From: Carcharhinus amblyrhynchos
Taxonomy: Eukaryota
NCBI GenBank assembly: GCA_965287045.1
Contig: OZ336888.1
Coordinates: 10,602,001-10,666,000 of the forward strand
Length of the DNA stretch: 64,000 nucleotides
Direction: 5' to 3'
The notes beneath the pieces were generated by a model. That model had not been told where the DNA came from, made no database searches, and saw nothing but the letters and a program-made list of their open reading frames with translations. Shown here in pieces: positions 37,381 to 50,229 of the stretch. Position 1 is the stretch's first letter, and each line of letters opens with the position of its first letter. The translations under genes and the position numbers were made by a program.

Positions 37381-40300
37381 TGGAGCTGTACTCATCCAGG
37401 CAAGTGGAGAATACCCCATCGCACTCCTAGAAGGTACATTGTGGATGCTGGACAAAGCTTTGGGAATTCAGAGGGTGAACGAGTCACTGTGGGATTCCCA
37501 GCTTGTGACTGGGCCAGCATGGTAGCATAGTGGTTAGCACTTCTGCTTCCTTCATCCTTCATGGTGATAAAGGTTATGGCCCCATTCTCTCTCCATGGAT
37601 GCTGTAAAGCCTGCTGGGATTTTTGATTTATATCAATGGTCTTGTTATGTTTCTGGTCAACAGCAACCCCCAGCATGTTGGTAGTGGGGAATTAGCTTTG
37701 TTACCATCAATCATCAAGTGAAGATGGTTGGATTTTAGCTTGAGGCAGATGGCGATTGCTTTGCACTTCTGTGAAAGGATGAATGTTGCTTGCCACTTAT
37801 CAGCCCAAGCCAGAAAGACAGTCCGTATGTCTTGCTGCACATGAAGACAGATTGCTTTAGTAATTGAGGAGTTGTGAATGGCGCTAAACATTAGGTAATC
37901 ATCTGCGATCATCTCCACTTCTGACCTAATGATGGAGGGAAAGTCATTGGTTGGGTCTAAGACACCACCCTAAGTCAGCAGTGATGTCCTGGGACTGAGA
38001 TGATTGATCTCCAACAATTACAGCCATCTTCCTTTATGCCTGCAACCAGTGGAGAGCTTTCCCCCTGATTCCCATTGACATCAGTTTTGCTCGGGCTCCG
38101 TGATGCCATACTCAATGAAATGCTGCCTTGATGTTAATGTCAGTCACTCTCGCCTCTCCTCTTGGGTTCAGCTCCTTTATCCATGTTCCAACCGAGGCAG
38201 TAATGAGGTCAGGAGCTGAGTGGGCATGATAGAATTCAAATTTAACATAAATTAGCAGGTTACTCCTGAGTAAGTGCCATGAGATAGCACTGTTGACATT
38301 TTCCACCACTTTACAGATGATCAAGAGTAGGCCGATTCGGCAATAGTTGGCTGGGTTGGATTTGTCTTGCTTTTTTCGACAGGACTTAGCTGGACATTTA
38401 TGAGTAGATGCCAGTGTTGTAGCTGTACTGGAAGACTTTGACAAGGGGCCTGGTGAGTTCTGGAGCCCAAGTCATCAGTGCTATTGCCAGAATCTGGTCA
38501 AAGCCTTTGTGGTATCTAGGGGATCTCAGGAGGGCGTCTGTTTGGTTTATCCACACCATATGCTGGCTGAAGATGGCTACAAATGCTTCAGTCTTGTCTT
38601 TTGCACTGATGTGCTGGACTGCCCCATCATTGAGGATGGGGATATTTGTAGAGCCTCCTCGTCCAGTGAGTTGTACAATTGCCCACTGCTGTACACGACA
38701 GGATGTGGCAGGACTACAGAGCTTCGATCTGACCCAGTGACTGTGGGGGCGCTTAGCCCTGTCTGTCACGTTTTGCCTCCACAATTTGGTCTCTGGTAGT
38801 CCTATGTTATAGCTTCACCAAGTTGACATCTCGAGGTCGGCCCCGGACATCGGCACTCTCGACAAAACAGTTAATGAAACTCAAGGTTGATGTACCTTTC
38901 TGTAAATGGTTTAATTCAACAGGGCTTACTGTTTGAGACTTATTAATTCATTTTGGGCATTTAAAAGGGAAGGTTTTATTATTGGTCCTTCTTATTTTTA
39001 AATAATATCAGAAATTAATGCACTTTAATAAGTAACTTTCTCACTGCTTGGAATGACTATACAGAATAACAGCATTGTTGTAAACAATTACAGTTTGTTA
39101 TCCTCAAAATTATGTAAAATACTCAGCAGCTGACGTTTCAGTCAAATAGTACAATGAAGAAAGAACATGAACAGTCATTTTGACAATAGCCTTTCTCGGG
39201 TGTTTTGTTTATAGGTTTAAAATGAATGGTGTAATTGCTCACGGATAGGCAAATTAAAAGATAGTGACAGCAAATTAGTCTTGTTCGTGAAAATAGAGAT
39301 TAAAGTACTTAACTGTACTCAAAGCTATTCCATGCTGCATTTGAAAGTTATGTTTGTTGGCTAAGGCTTAAAGAGATACCAAAATAATAAATGTAGAATT
39401 ATTGATAGTATTCATAGGAGCAGAAGGTCATTCAAACCTTGGTGGGTGGCACTGGGGCACAGTAGTTAGCATTGCTGCCTCACTGCGCCAGGTTCCAAAT
39501 TTGATTCCTGACTTGGGTCACTGTCTGCATGGAGTTTGCACATTCTCCCCATGTCTGTGTGGGTTTCCTCTGGGTGTTCCTCCCACAGTCTGAAAGATGT
39601 GCTGGTTAGATGCATTGGCCCAAACAAAACTGGAGTGTGGTGACTAGGAGAATTTCACAGTAACTTGATTGCAGCGTTAATGTAAGCCTTATTTGTGACA
39701 CTAATAAATTAACTTTAACTTTACTATTCAATTAGAAATTTTAGTCACCTGTACCTTAACTCAATTTACCCACCTTGATTCTATATGCCATAACACTCTG
39801 ATCAAAGTAAAATCTACCAATCTCAACTTTGGAATTTGCAAATGACCCAGGCTCAACAGCTTTTGGGTGAGTGAGTTCAGATTCCCCTTACCCTTTGTAC
39901 AAAGACAATTCAGCTGACTGTGTGTCTTTTTAACTTTCAGGATATATCTAATAATTATTTAAAAGCATGTCTAACTAACCATGCAGTTTTTTGCCATTAC
40001 CTTCCAAGCTTCAACCATTCACAGGTGTCTCAAAATACTTAGTCCAATTCCCTTTCCTACTCTGCACTTTGGCTTCCATCTATCCCAACTCTCCCAAGTT
40101 ATTCATTTCCAACATTTTCATCTCCTGCTTCCTTGGTCCTTTCATTCCATTCTTGCTCAAGTCTTTCTTTTGGCTCCCATGCCAGTGGAAAGCTTTGCTT
40201 AACTTCTTGAAAGATTGCAGTTCTGTTTTGCAAGCCTGCACTCACCAACCTCAGGATAATGACCTTTGATCCATCTAGTCTCTCCAACTCCTACCTCGTC

Positions 40301-43300
40301 TGACTTTCCTTCCCTAACTGTCATTCATTCCTCCCAGCTCCGTGCCAATCTTAGGTCCTCCAAGCACAGTTTCGCAGCATTGAGGACTATCACCCTCTGT
40401 GACTGAAATGGGTAATTCATTATTTTTCTTATAGCGAAACGGTGAAAAGCTTTATTTGATATTGATTTTGCCACCTTCCTCCCTTTGCCCGGTTTCATGT
40501 GACTAATGCCACTGCGTGTCGCTACTCCGACCTATCTAAATTCAGCATCCTACCTTTGACCTGCTGTTTGGGGCAAATCTCTCAGCTGCTTCCATTGTAA
40601 TCTCTGAAATTTTTGATTTGATATGATTTATTATTGTCACATATACTGGGATGCAGTGCAAAGTATTGCTTGTGTGCTACACAGACAAGACATACCATTC
40701 AGACAGTACATAGGGGAGAAGGAAAAGAGAGGGCGCAGAATGTAGTGTTACGTCATAGCTAGGATGTAGGAAAAGATCAGCTTGATATAAGGTAGGGCTA
40801 TTCAAAAGTCTGATGGCAGCAGGGAAGAAGCTGTTCTTAAGTCGGTTGGTGTGTGAACTCAGACTCTTGTATCTTTTTCCCAATGGAAGAAAGTTTGTTC
40901 GGGATGCGTGGGATCCTTGATTATGCTGGTCGCTTTTCCGAGGCAGCGGGAAATGTAGACAGAGTCAGTGGATGGGTAGCTGGTTTGCGTGATGGACTGG
41001 GCTACATTCACAACCGTTCTCCCTTCAAACCCCTCGACCTTCAACATTTCTTTCACCTTCGCACTTTCACCCTTCAAAAAAACCTTCTTTTCAACTGGCT
41101 TTACAGTGATCCCTCTCAAAGTTGCCATTCGTTGGGTTGGCTGTCATCCCTTCCTCTATCCCATTTCTCAATATCAGCATCCATAAACTAGCTAAGCAAA
41201 GATTTTGATTCAATCGCTACTATTTCGTCAACTTTGATCTCCGCAGCTCAACGTTTAAAATATAAAAAAAAGAAATCCATGTGCAAAGCTATTCTTAATC
41301 CTATTGCATTTTATTATGCAGGAGTTTGATTTTATAAATATAACTCCAATTCAAGATTAAACTTTAGACCATAATTTAAATCCAGAAACCTTTAAGATTA
41401 AATTTCTGTCCACCTTCTCGATCAATAAGAGTCAATGCATTAGATCTCTGACACCTGTCCAAATGAATTGATATGAAATTTATGAAGGATACAAGTACTA
41501 CCATGCTAGTGTTGAATGAGTTTTCAGAAAATGCTGGCATTCACACAACTACCACTCTGGAAATGGACATTCTGTGGGAGACACCTTAATGTGCCACCCC
41601 ACACAGGGCATTACGGGGAAATCTATAGAGTGTAATTTCTGCATAAATTGTCTGTTTTAAGGCTTCCTCGAGCCAATAGTTTCAAAGCACAAAATGGTAG
41701 TTAGGATGACTCGATGACAAGTTGAAGCTGCAGATGATTTAATGACAACATACCAACATGGTAGGGTCTTACTAGACATGAGGCAGGGGTCAGAGATAGG
41801 ACATCAGGACCCGGATTCTGCACCCCCACATTGATAGCCTTGCAATCATGTCTTTAAGTGTGTGGATCTGTGCCCTTATAACATTCAAGACGTGGCTCCC
41901 TGTTTAGAGAAAATTCCCAGAAGATCAATTTTTCTTCAGCAAATTGAAATTGATTTAACGGGGGCTTCTCTGGATTAGCATTTCAGCTCCTGGCTGCTGT
42001 GGGCCATTGTTGGATAGACTTTTAACAGGCCCTGGAATTGCTGTTCCAAGTTGTCAATATAGCTTACTTTGTATGAATATTGATACCCAGCTACACCTGA
42101 AATTGGTTTCAGTGCATTGGTAGTCCGTTGCTTAACACATGATTAATACACAGTGTTGACAATTTAAAATTATAAATGCAAGTTACTCGAGACCTGCAGA
42201 GTAAAGACGTGATTTATACTCCAGTGCGATCTATCCATGGGTTTCACACAAACATCTGAGAGACTGCCCATTGAAAAAGAATCCATTTTAAATATTTGGC
42301 AAACAATCAGAAAAGAATAGACTGAGCTATTTAATACATAGTGGGTATGCCTGTTGCTATAGAAACCAGGATTGGAATGTTAGTGATTGATAAATTATTG
42401 CACACGTTTCAATAATTGGTCCACCACTGCTTTGAATCCAATGCAAAGAGAGCATTTCAATTGCTCCTTCTCACCAGCTACTGTGCGTACCGTTCTCTCT
42501 ATGGGGGGACAAGTTTGATCTTGGTCCCTGGCAAGCGAGTGTTCTCGATTCATTTCCTCAAATCAAAAAAGGTGGGCGGGGGGGGTGGTAGTGGAAATGT
42601 AAACCTTCCTCCATTCAGATGAAGCAAAACTGCCTACATTTATAAAACATCTTTTACAGTGGAAATATCCCAAGGTTGATGCATGTTTATGCCAAGGAAT
42701 GCAGGTGGAAAATGGGCATCGAACCACAAGCAAAGGTTAGGCAGCGTGACGGACTGAAAACCTTCGGTGAAACAAGGTGCTTTAAGGACAATTTAGAACC
42801 GAGCAGGGAGGGATGGGGAGGTTTAGCGTTGTTACTGCAGACAGTAAAGCCCCAGTGGCTTAACGTCCTGCCAGCAGTAGTGGGCAGGATGTTGGGGAGT
42901 GGGTGAGGATGCACAAATCACCAGGGTCCAAGGAAGAAAATTGTTGGCATAAAAGGCTGGAGGTGTTTTTGCAGAGACTGGATTGGGTGAAGCCGTGTAG
43001 AATGAGGCTCGTATCTTATATTTAAGATGTTCGGAAACCTAGCGAAGCTCGTGTATTTGAACGGAGCAGGACAGGGCTGGCACGGAGTTTTAAATAAGCC
43101 TGAGCAGCCAGCCAGCACAGCACTGCAGTAGTAGAGTCTGCAAGGTGAAAAAGACACACCAGGATTTGAGTAGCAGCCAGGCAGAGGTAGAGAGTGTTCT
43201 AGTCCAGGTAGATTATTGGGTCTGAAACTCAGCTCATTACAGTAACAGTGAACATCATAACAGCAAAGAACTTGCTTCCTTTTTCGAATGCCTTTCACAA

Positions 43301-43629
43301 TTGTAGGATGTAGAGCAAATATTTCCCTTGTTGGACATTCTAGGTTCAGAGTCCATAGTTTTAGATTAAGGGGTGGCAGATATAAAACAGAAATGAGGAG
43401 GAATTACTTCATTCGTGAATCTGTTCTGTATCCCACAGTGCAGTGGATGCCAGAGCATTAAGCAAATTTGCAGAGGAAATAGGTTTTTAACACTAAATAG
43501 TAGCGGGAGTTATGGGGAGCTGACAGGAAGGTGGAGATGATGCTAAGATGAGATCATGATTGCATTGAATGGCGGATCAGGCTTGAGGGCCCCATCCCTG
43601 CACCTAGTTCTGAAGTTCCATCGCCCTGT

Positions 43630-43990
43630 TACTGCCAGTGAAGCACTTCTTGATGTGTAAACATTGTCATAAAGGAAACACAGTACCTGTTTGTGCTTAG
43701 CAAGTCCCACAAACAGGTGATGCCGGAAAACATGCTTTAGTGTTGTTGGTTCAAGGGCCAGTATTGGCCAGGATGCCAGGGTAAACTGCCCCTGCCATGG
43801 GATTGTTTACATCCAAGCAGCAGGGCTGGTGGGACTTTGGCTTAATGGTCTTTCTGGAAGATAGCACTTCTCAGTGCAGCACTCCCTCAGTACGGCATTG
43901 GAGTGGCAGCCCAGATTGTTTGCTCAGGTTTCTGTGAACGGACTTGAACCCACATCCTATTCTGTCAGCAGTTGGAGTGTTACCCCCTAA
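43630..43990 (-). mobile_element. Old Deu-domain SINE (SacSINE1/AmnSINE-like); more decayed copies at ~7320-7600(-) and 3890-4040(+)
   Basis: Motifs cagtgcagcactccctcagtac, gccatgggat..ttacatcca and tattggccagga recalled from the DeuSINE central region. Confidence 0.55.
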
Positions 43991-44029
43991 GCCATTGCTG
44001 ATCCTTGATAAGGGAAAATGGGACATAAA

Positions 44030-44250
44030 GGCAAAATACTGTGGATGCTGGAATCTGAAACAAAAACAGAAGATGTTGGAGAAACTCAGCAGGTCGGACA
44101 GCATCTGTGGAGAGAGAATTAAGCCAGTACTTGCAATCTGGATGACCTTCCAATAGAGCACTGACGAAGGGTCATCCAGACTGGAAACATTGCCTTTCTC
44201 CACAGATGCTGTCAAACTTGCTGAGTTGCTCCAACATTTTCTGTTTTGTG
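44030..44250. mobile_element. Family-B fold-back element; related copies at ~15245-15325, 20965-21180, 25165-25330, 32540-32712, 44310-44395, 53270-53395
   Basis: Shared arm aaatactg-ggatgctggaatctgaaacaaaaacagaaaatgctgga and its inverted copy. Hammerhead-like ctgacgaagggtcatccagactggaaac starts at 44161. Confidence 0.7.
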
Positions 44251-44582
44251 CTATGAAAGGAAAACAGAGGCTGTATACAGGTCTATTCCTCATACTTCTA
44301 TTCCAAAGAATGGTGTTGGACCTGAAAAATGAACTTGCCCCTTCTCTTCACAGACACTGACTGACCTGCTGAGTATTTCCAACAAGTTCTATTTTCTCTT
44401 TGGGAGTAGTTATTGTAATCCTATACACAGTTTCCCCCTCAAGCTTTTAAAACTTTAGAATTTTATTTATTAGGCACAAATAACCTTACATTCACACTGT
44501 GAAGAAGTTACTGTGAAAACCCCCTCGTTGCCACACTCCGGTGCCTGTTCGGGTACACTGAGATATGTATTACGAGGATATT

Positions 44583-44722
44583 GGGCAGGATTTGCTGGTC
44601 TCTTCCGTGGTCAGATCTATTGCGAGCAAGAATGGAAAATTTGGATCTCCAGCCAAAATTTCATTCACTCTAAGCGGCATCGGAAAATCCCAGCCACAAA
44701 GGAGGACGGAAGATTCCGGCCG
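44583..44722. mobile_element. Short non-autonomous element with gggc(a/g)ggattt..aaatcc(t/c)gccc-type ends (MITE-like); similar ends at ~1165-1267, 5163-5375, 10930-11125, 51560-51658
   Basis: Recurring imperfect terminal inverted motifs. The superfamily is not determined. Confidence 0.35.
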
Positions 44723-47700
44723 TAGCCTTACTGTTTTGAGAGATTCGGCTGAATGTTTCACATTTAAGTCATTTTATTGCCTAGAACTAAATGAGTAAAA
44801 AGAAGCTCCAGTTCGTTATTTACAATAACAAGGCTGTATCTCCGAGCACCTTTAAGGAAGGTGTGAAATATAAGGTTGACACTAATCATTGTTAGTGATC
44901 TGTGAAGCATTAAGATTACACTTTTTAATTTAACATATTGTTTGCACTGCAAATTCTGCATCTGACAGCTGCACTTAGAATGTGAGAAAATCTGTCTTCT
45001 CTGCGGGAATGAGTTTGTTTCCTGTTAAGACTATGGAAATTCTTCAATAAAAAGTTACCCACGAGAAAAAACAGATATGCAAAAGGGAAAATTGCAATTA
45101 ACTGGCTGATGAATGCGACTAGTTTTTTTTTTCGACCTTTGCACATGTTAATTCATGGGAAGAGAAAAGTTAGAGAGGAACCTGAATTTTCTGATTGGTG
45201 TTGTCCCGTTTAATGTAAGTCAGTAGCTGCCAGCAGCAAAATGATGCCAATTGGAAAACCTATACTATTATTCATGAATACGCTCCTATTATTCTAACCC
45301 AATTCCGCTCTCCCCCCCCACACAACCTTTCGTTAGTGCTGACTCTTTACTGGGATAGACTTTAGTATCAACAGTTTGTCAGATTTTCTGTTTTGAGTTG
45401 GGAATGTCTATAAGCACTTTGTTCGTAGAGGACATTACAGCTGAGCCAGATTCTGTCCCCACTCATTGTCCTCACCAATCTATATTCCAGCAGGAAGCTC
45501 TCAGTTGCAATCAGGGTGAGACTACAATGTTGTCAGTATTTTCGCTAACCCTATTTAGTTAAATTCACTGGCAGTGAGCACCCGACTCGGGGGATTTGAA
45601 TTTGAATTTGATTTGTTATTGTCACATGTATTGGGTTATTGTGACAAGTATTGTGTGCTGCACAGACAAAGCATACCATACATAGAGAAGGAGAGAGGGC
45701 AGAGTGTAGCATCACAGTCATAGCTAAGGCGTAGAGAAAGATCAACTTAATATGAGATAGGTTCACTCAAAAGTCTGATGGCTAAAGATTTTATAAGAGT
45801 TAGAATAGAGTTTTAGAAGAAAGAAAATGAGGATTGAAGGTTGAATTAGAGCGTACACTGGGCACAGCTCACACAAAGTCGTCACGCTTCAGCATCATAG
45901 CTAGGATGAAGAGATAGATCATCTTAATATATGTTAAGTCCGTTCAGAAGTCTGGTGGCAACAGGGAAGAAGTTACTCTTCATGCCCCATTCGAACCAGA
46001 GAGTGGTTTTGACCGTCCAGCATCAATGTAAATGTAGTGCAATCTGCAATCCAACAGAAAACTCTTATCCCTGTATTTCTACTTACTAGAATATATCAGA
46101 TCTCTTCCTTGTTTTCTGTGGATGGATTGAAGAATAACTCTTTGTTGGTAGAAATGTCTCCTAATCTCTTGCCTGAAAGATCTGACTCTAAGATTTAGGT
46201 GATGTCCCTCTGCCTGACCCTCCTCAAATGGTTTTTCTTTGTCCCCATCAAACCTTAAATAGTCAAAATAATCATCCCTTCTTCTAATATCCAGGTAACT
46301 CGACCCCAGTTTGTGTCATTTCTTCTTGGAGGTATCATTCTGGTAAATCTACATCCTTCCTTTGGTGTGGTGCCCAGAATGGATGAGCCTATTCATGTCC
46401 GGGGTCCTGAAGAGCCGTGGCATAACTTACACCACTTTGTATTCCAACCCTCTGAACATAAAGAACAACAGTCCAGTAAACATATTAATAACTTTGTTGA
46501 TATTGGAATGCTCTGTGTCAATGGATTCCTAGATTTCTTTGGATCTCCACTAATTCTAGTTTTAAATCTTTCAGAGAACATTCTATGTTTTTTTAGGTCC
46601 AAAGTGGAGGACCTCTCAACTGACTACATTGAAATCTATTTACCACAGTTTGACTGTTCACTTAATCTACTAATATTCCTTTGTAATCTTATGCTCCCAT
46701 CTACACAGTTTGAAATGATGCCTATTTTTGTGTTATGTGCTTATGTGGCTTTCTATCTCATCATCTAAATCTGATGCATTGTTAAGTCCCAGTACAGTTC
46801 AATGTGAGAACACCTAGTTACATCCTGCCAGTTGCAGTATCAGCACATTAACCCAACTCAGTATCTTGCCCTCAGCTAACTTTCTAACCTGATCAATAAT
46901 TTTCCTTCAGTTCCATGAACCTCATCTTCATCTAACTGTCTCTTATGACGGAGTTTACTGAACGCTTTCTGAAAGTCCATATAATTAACATCCGTTAATG
47001 TTCCCTGTTCGCTATCTCAGTAACTTCTTCAAAACATTTAGTTAAATTTGTCAGGTATGACCTAGCCTTTACAAATCCATGCTGGCTCTCTCTGGGTGAA
47101 AACTTTTCAAGGTGTCCAGTCATTCTATCCTTAATTATAGACCAGTCATTTCTCCAAAGTAAACGTTGGACTTGCTGGTCTAAATTCTCTGGTTTCCCTC
47201 TCTCACCTTAAATGATGAAATAACATGTGCAAGGAATGGTTCCTGAATTGTTAAAATCCTGACTGCCTCTTTGCAAAGACATTGCTTGTCCAATTCCTCC
47301 TACAGCAGGAGGACCGAAGCCAAAAGTCAATCTTCAATGCCTACCGCAAACCAGCTCCCTTATCACTGTTTCCATTCCTCAACCCCTGGGAGTTCTCAGA
47401 CTAAAGTTGGTAGTTTGCAATGCCAGTCATGTTTGTTGCTGTGCTTCTTTTTGCCTTCACAAAGACTGCTCACTTCCACTTCCCCAGCATTAAGTGTCTC
47501 TGTCCTGTTCTTTAGCTACCAGCCACTGAAACCCTCATGCATGTCTTCATTACCTCTAGACTTAATTCTTCTAATGTTATCCTTGTAGGGTCCCCATCAC
47601 TATTCTACCATTTGTCCCAACCTCTGCGACCATATCCTGTCCTTCAGTAATTCTCCTCACTCTAACTCATGTTCTTGCTAAACCTACATCCATCTCCCCA

Positions 47701-48247
47701 ATGCCTCAAGCTTAAAATCGTTTCACCTTCATGTTCACCCTGAATTCACTTCACATTCTCTCCGTGGTCTCTTCTAGTCCCTTACGCTGTCTGCACTTAA
47801 CTACCACACCTCATGCTCTCCATTATTTGTATCCCTTTGTCTCAGCGTTATCAGCACAGCTTTCAGCCATCTGGTTAGTATTTTACATGTTGCCTGCCAT
47901 ACCATCTTCTTCCCGCAAGTTAAAAGTTTTCTCATCTTTATTTCCCCAACAAAGCCTTTGGTCACCTCTCAAATCCCTCTCTTCCTGGCTTGGTGCTGAT
48001 TTTCCATATCATTATCTGTGGACATGTCTGAGTTCGAGGTATGAAGTAATTGTGTGCTCGTCAGGTAGATAAATGATCTGTCTTCAGTAAAAACTGAGGG
48101 TGTGATCTTACCAGCTCGCTGCGTCAGTTAATCGTTGCGCCCTCGCATGATGTTCCCGGCACTGTTTGGCTGGTGCAATTGGCTTGGTGCCCAGAAAGGG
48201 TGCAAAGCTGATTTTAAAAAGTCAAGCCCTGTTTTGCATTATATCAC

Positions 48248-48414
48248 GATGTGGAGATGCCGGCGTTGGACTGGGGTAAACACAGTAAGAAGTCTCACAA
48301 CATCAGGAGACCAGAACTCTCCACTCGCCTGACGAAGGGGCAAACCCTGAAAGCTTGTGGGTTTACTATCAAATAAACTTGTTGGACTTTAACCTGGTGT
48401 TGTGAGACTTCTTA
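48248..48414. mobile_element. Family-A fold-back element with asymmetric arms
   Basis: Tail, short left arm and longer right arm. Perfect 14-bp TSD ttgcattatatcac at 48234-48247 and 48415-48428. Confidence 0.85.
48325..48360 (+). ncRNA. Minimal type-I hammerhead ribozyme motif (intact core)
   Basis: UCGC-CUGACGA-A-GGGG(CAAA)CCCU-GAAA-GC-UU-GUGG. Confidence 0.6.
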
Positions 48415-50152
48415 TTGCATTATATCACCAAGTGCCATAGCCACACTAGGGGCATTGGAGACCGTTGAAGGCCCTTGTTGGGCAGGGGTGTGGTGAGGCA
48501 CTGCCCATTGGGTACCATAACTGCGCCAGGGCAGTGCCAAGGGGCTGGGCCCTGAGAAGGGCTGGGACCTTAGTGGGTGTGTGGCTATGACTGTGGGGGT
48601 ATGCAGAGGGGGGGGGTGATGGTCAAGGGGGAGCTTCTATTCAGGGTGGGGTTGCGAGGGGAAGAGCTCTACAAGGGGATGTGATCGGCAGGCAGTACGT
48701 GATGGGCAAAGGGTGGGGCATGGGGTGGTGGTTGGCTGCGGAGGGAATTGTGACAGGGCGCACATTGAGAAGATCCATAGCACCGCTGCCTCTCAGCACC
48801 AGGGAGCTGGGTTCGATTTCCAGTGTGGGTCACTGACTGTGTGGAGTCTGCATGTTCTCCCTGTGTCTGCGTGGGTTTCCTCCGGGTGCTCCAGTTTCCT
48901 CCCACAGTCTGAAAGGTATACCAGTTAGGTGCATTGGCTATGCTAAATTCTGTCTGTGTACCCAAACAGGCGCTGGAGTGTGTCAACCAGAGGATTTTCA
49001 CAGTAACTTCATTGCAGTGTTAACGTAAGCCTACTTGTGACAAAATAAAATAAACTTTAAAAGCTTTGATGCCCTGATGCTGGCAACCTGATTTGCTGTG
49101 GTGGTGGGGGGGAGGAGAATAATTCACTACCACAGATAATGAAGAGCTAGGCAGGGGTCCAATGTCTGTGGACAGGGGGTGACAGGCAGTCACCCAGTGC
49201 TCTCGAAGATTGGTGCACCGTGCATGAGTGCTCTGAAGCTGGTTTTAGTCTGGTTTTCAGACTTGTACAGTATCTAGAACTCTAGTAAGATCACACTCTT
49301 AATGTTCACTCTAATTTCACTGTCTTCCTCAAGATGCTGAAAAGGGTAAAGCCTCTTTCTCTGTGATACCTTAACACAGAATTGACATGAGAAGTATAGG
49401 CGGTGACTTCTCTCCGCTGACTTCAAGCTGATGTGAGTATAGCACAGGCACATTACTGTCCATCTTTTGAAGATATAATGAAACATGATGACCTTAGAGA
49501 ATGGTATCTCTTGTGATTAAATTAGATGAACAGCCATTCACAGGTTGTCAATTATCTGGGATGTTTGTCCACGCAAGTACGGATGCCATTTACTGAAAAG
49601 TTCAAAGACATCCCTCAGTCTCTGGCATCCAATGTCAAACTGACCAAATTAAATAGATTGGAATGGCTTGATTCATTGATCTTGTCAAAGACTTTGACCT
49701 ATCAGATGGGTCCCCATCCCGCATAATGACAAAATAAAACCATGAAGTACTTCCTAAACAATGCGTGCTTCCACTATGTGTTGAGTTGTCTTAATTAACC
49801 AGATCGTAACGTGTACTTCATACAGTTTATAAAATGGTTCATCTTAGTCACAAAGATACCCCACCCCCACCCCCATCAGCGCAATTAAAATTCCACAGCA
49901 CCGAGTGGAATGCTGCGACAGGATGGAGCGAAGCTCTGAAACTAATAGTAGCGTCAGAGTGTGATCAGCGAACTCTTATATTAACCACATATCAAATCTA
50001 GAATGTTCTGCTCTTTTCAACTTAGCACGTCAGCACGTGATGCATTTGCCGAGGGAGGCCGTGCTTTCGTTTGATACTCAGCGATAAATTGATTCTGACA
50101 AACAAACAAACAAAAAAGGAAAAAATAGATAATATGAATTAATGTAGACAAG

Positions 50153-50229
50153 ATGGAAGGAACACTCGGGATTCAGAGAATGTCTCTCTCCCTCGCAGCA
50201 TCGCATAACAATATTGTTTCTTTAGATAG
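50153..50229 (+). other. Candidate first coding exon of an unidentified plus-strand gene (MEGTLGIQRMSLSLAASHNNIVSLD-R)
   Basis: aagATGG Kozak context, in-frame upstream TGA, and donor TAG|GTATGT in non-repetitive sequence. No homology recognised. Confidence 0.25.

Larger units (their letters stand above)
36085..38820 (-). mobile_element. Decayed CR1-clade LINE (RT region), interrupted by a Penelope element
   Basis: KKQDKSNPANYCRIGLLLIICKVVE..HSAPDLIT..WIKELNPRGEARVTDINIKAAF and MIADD resemble non-LTR RT motifs. Its 3' end matches the fragment at ~600-900. Confidence 0.8.

Noticed and set aside
46313-46768. 151-aa plus-strand ORF
   Set aside because: It is the antisense reading of a decayed CR1 fragment.
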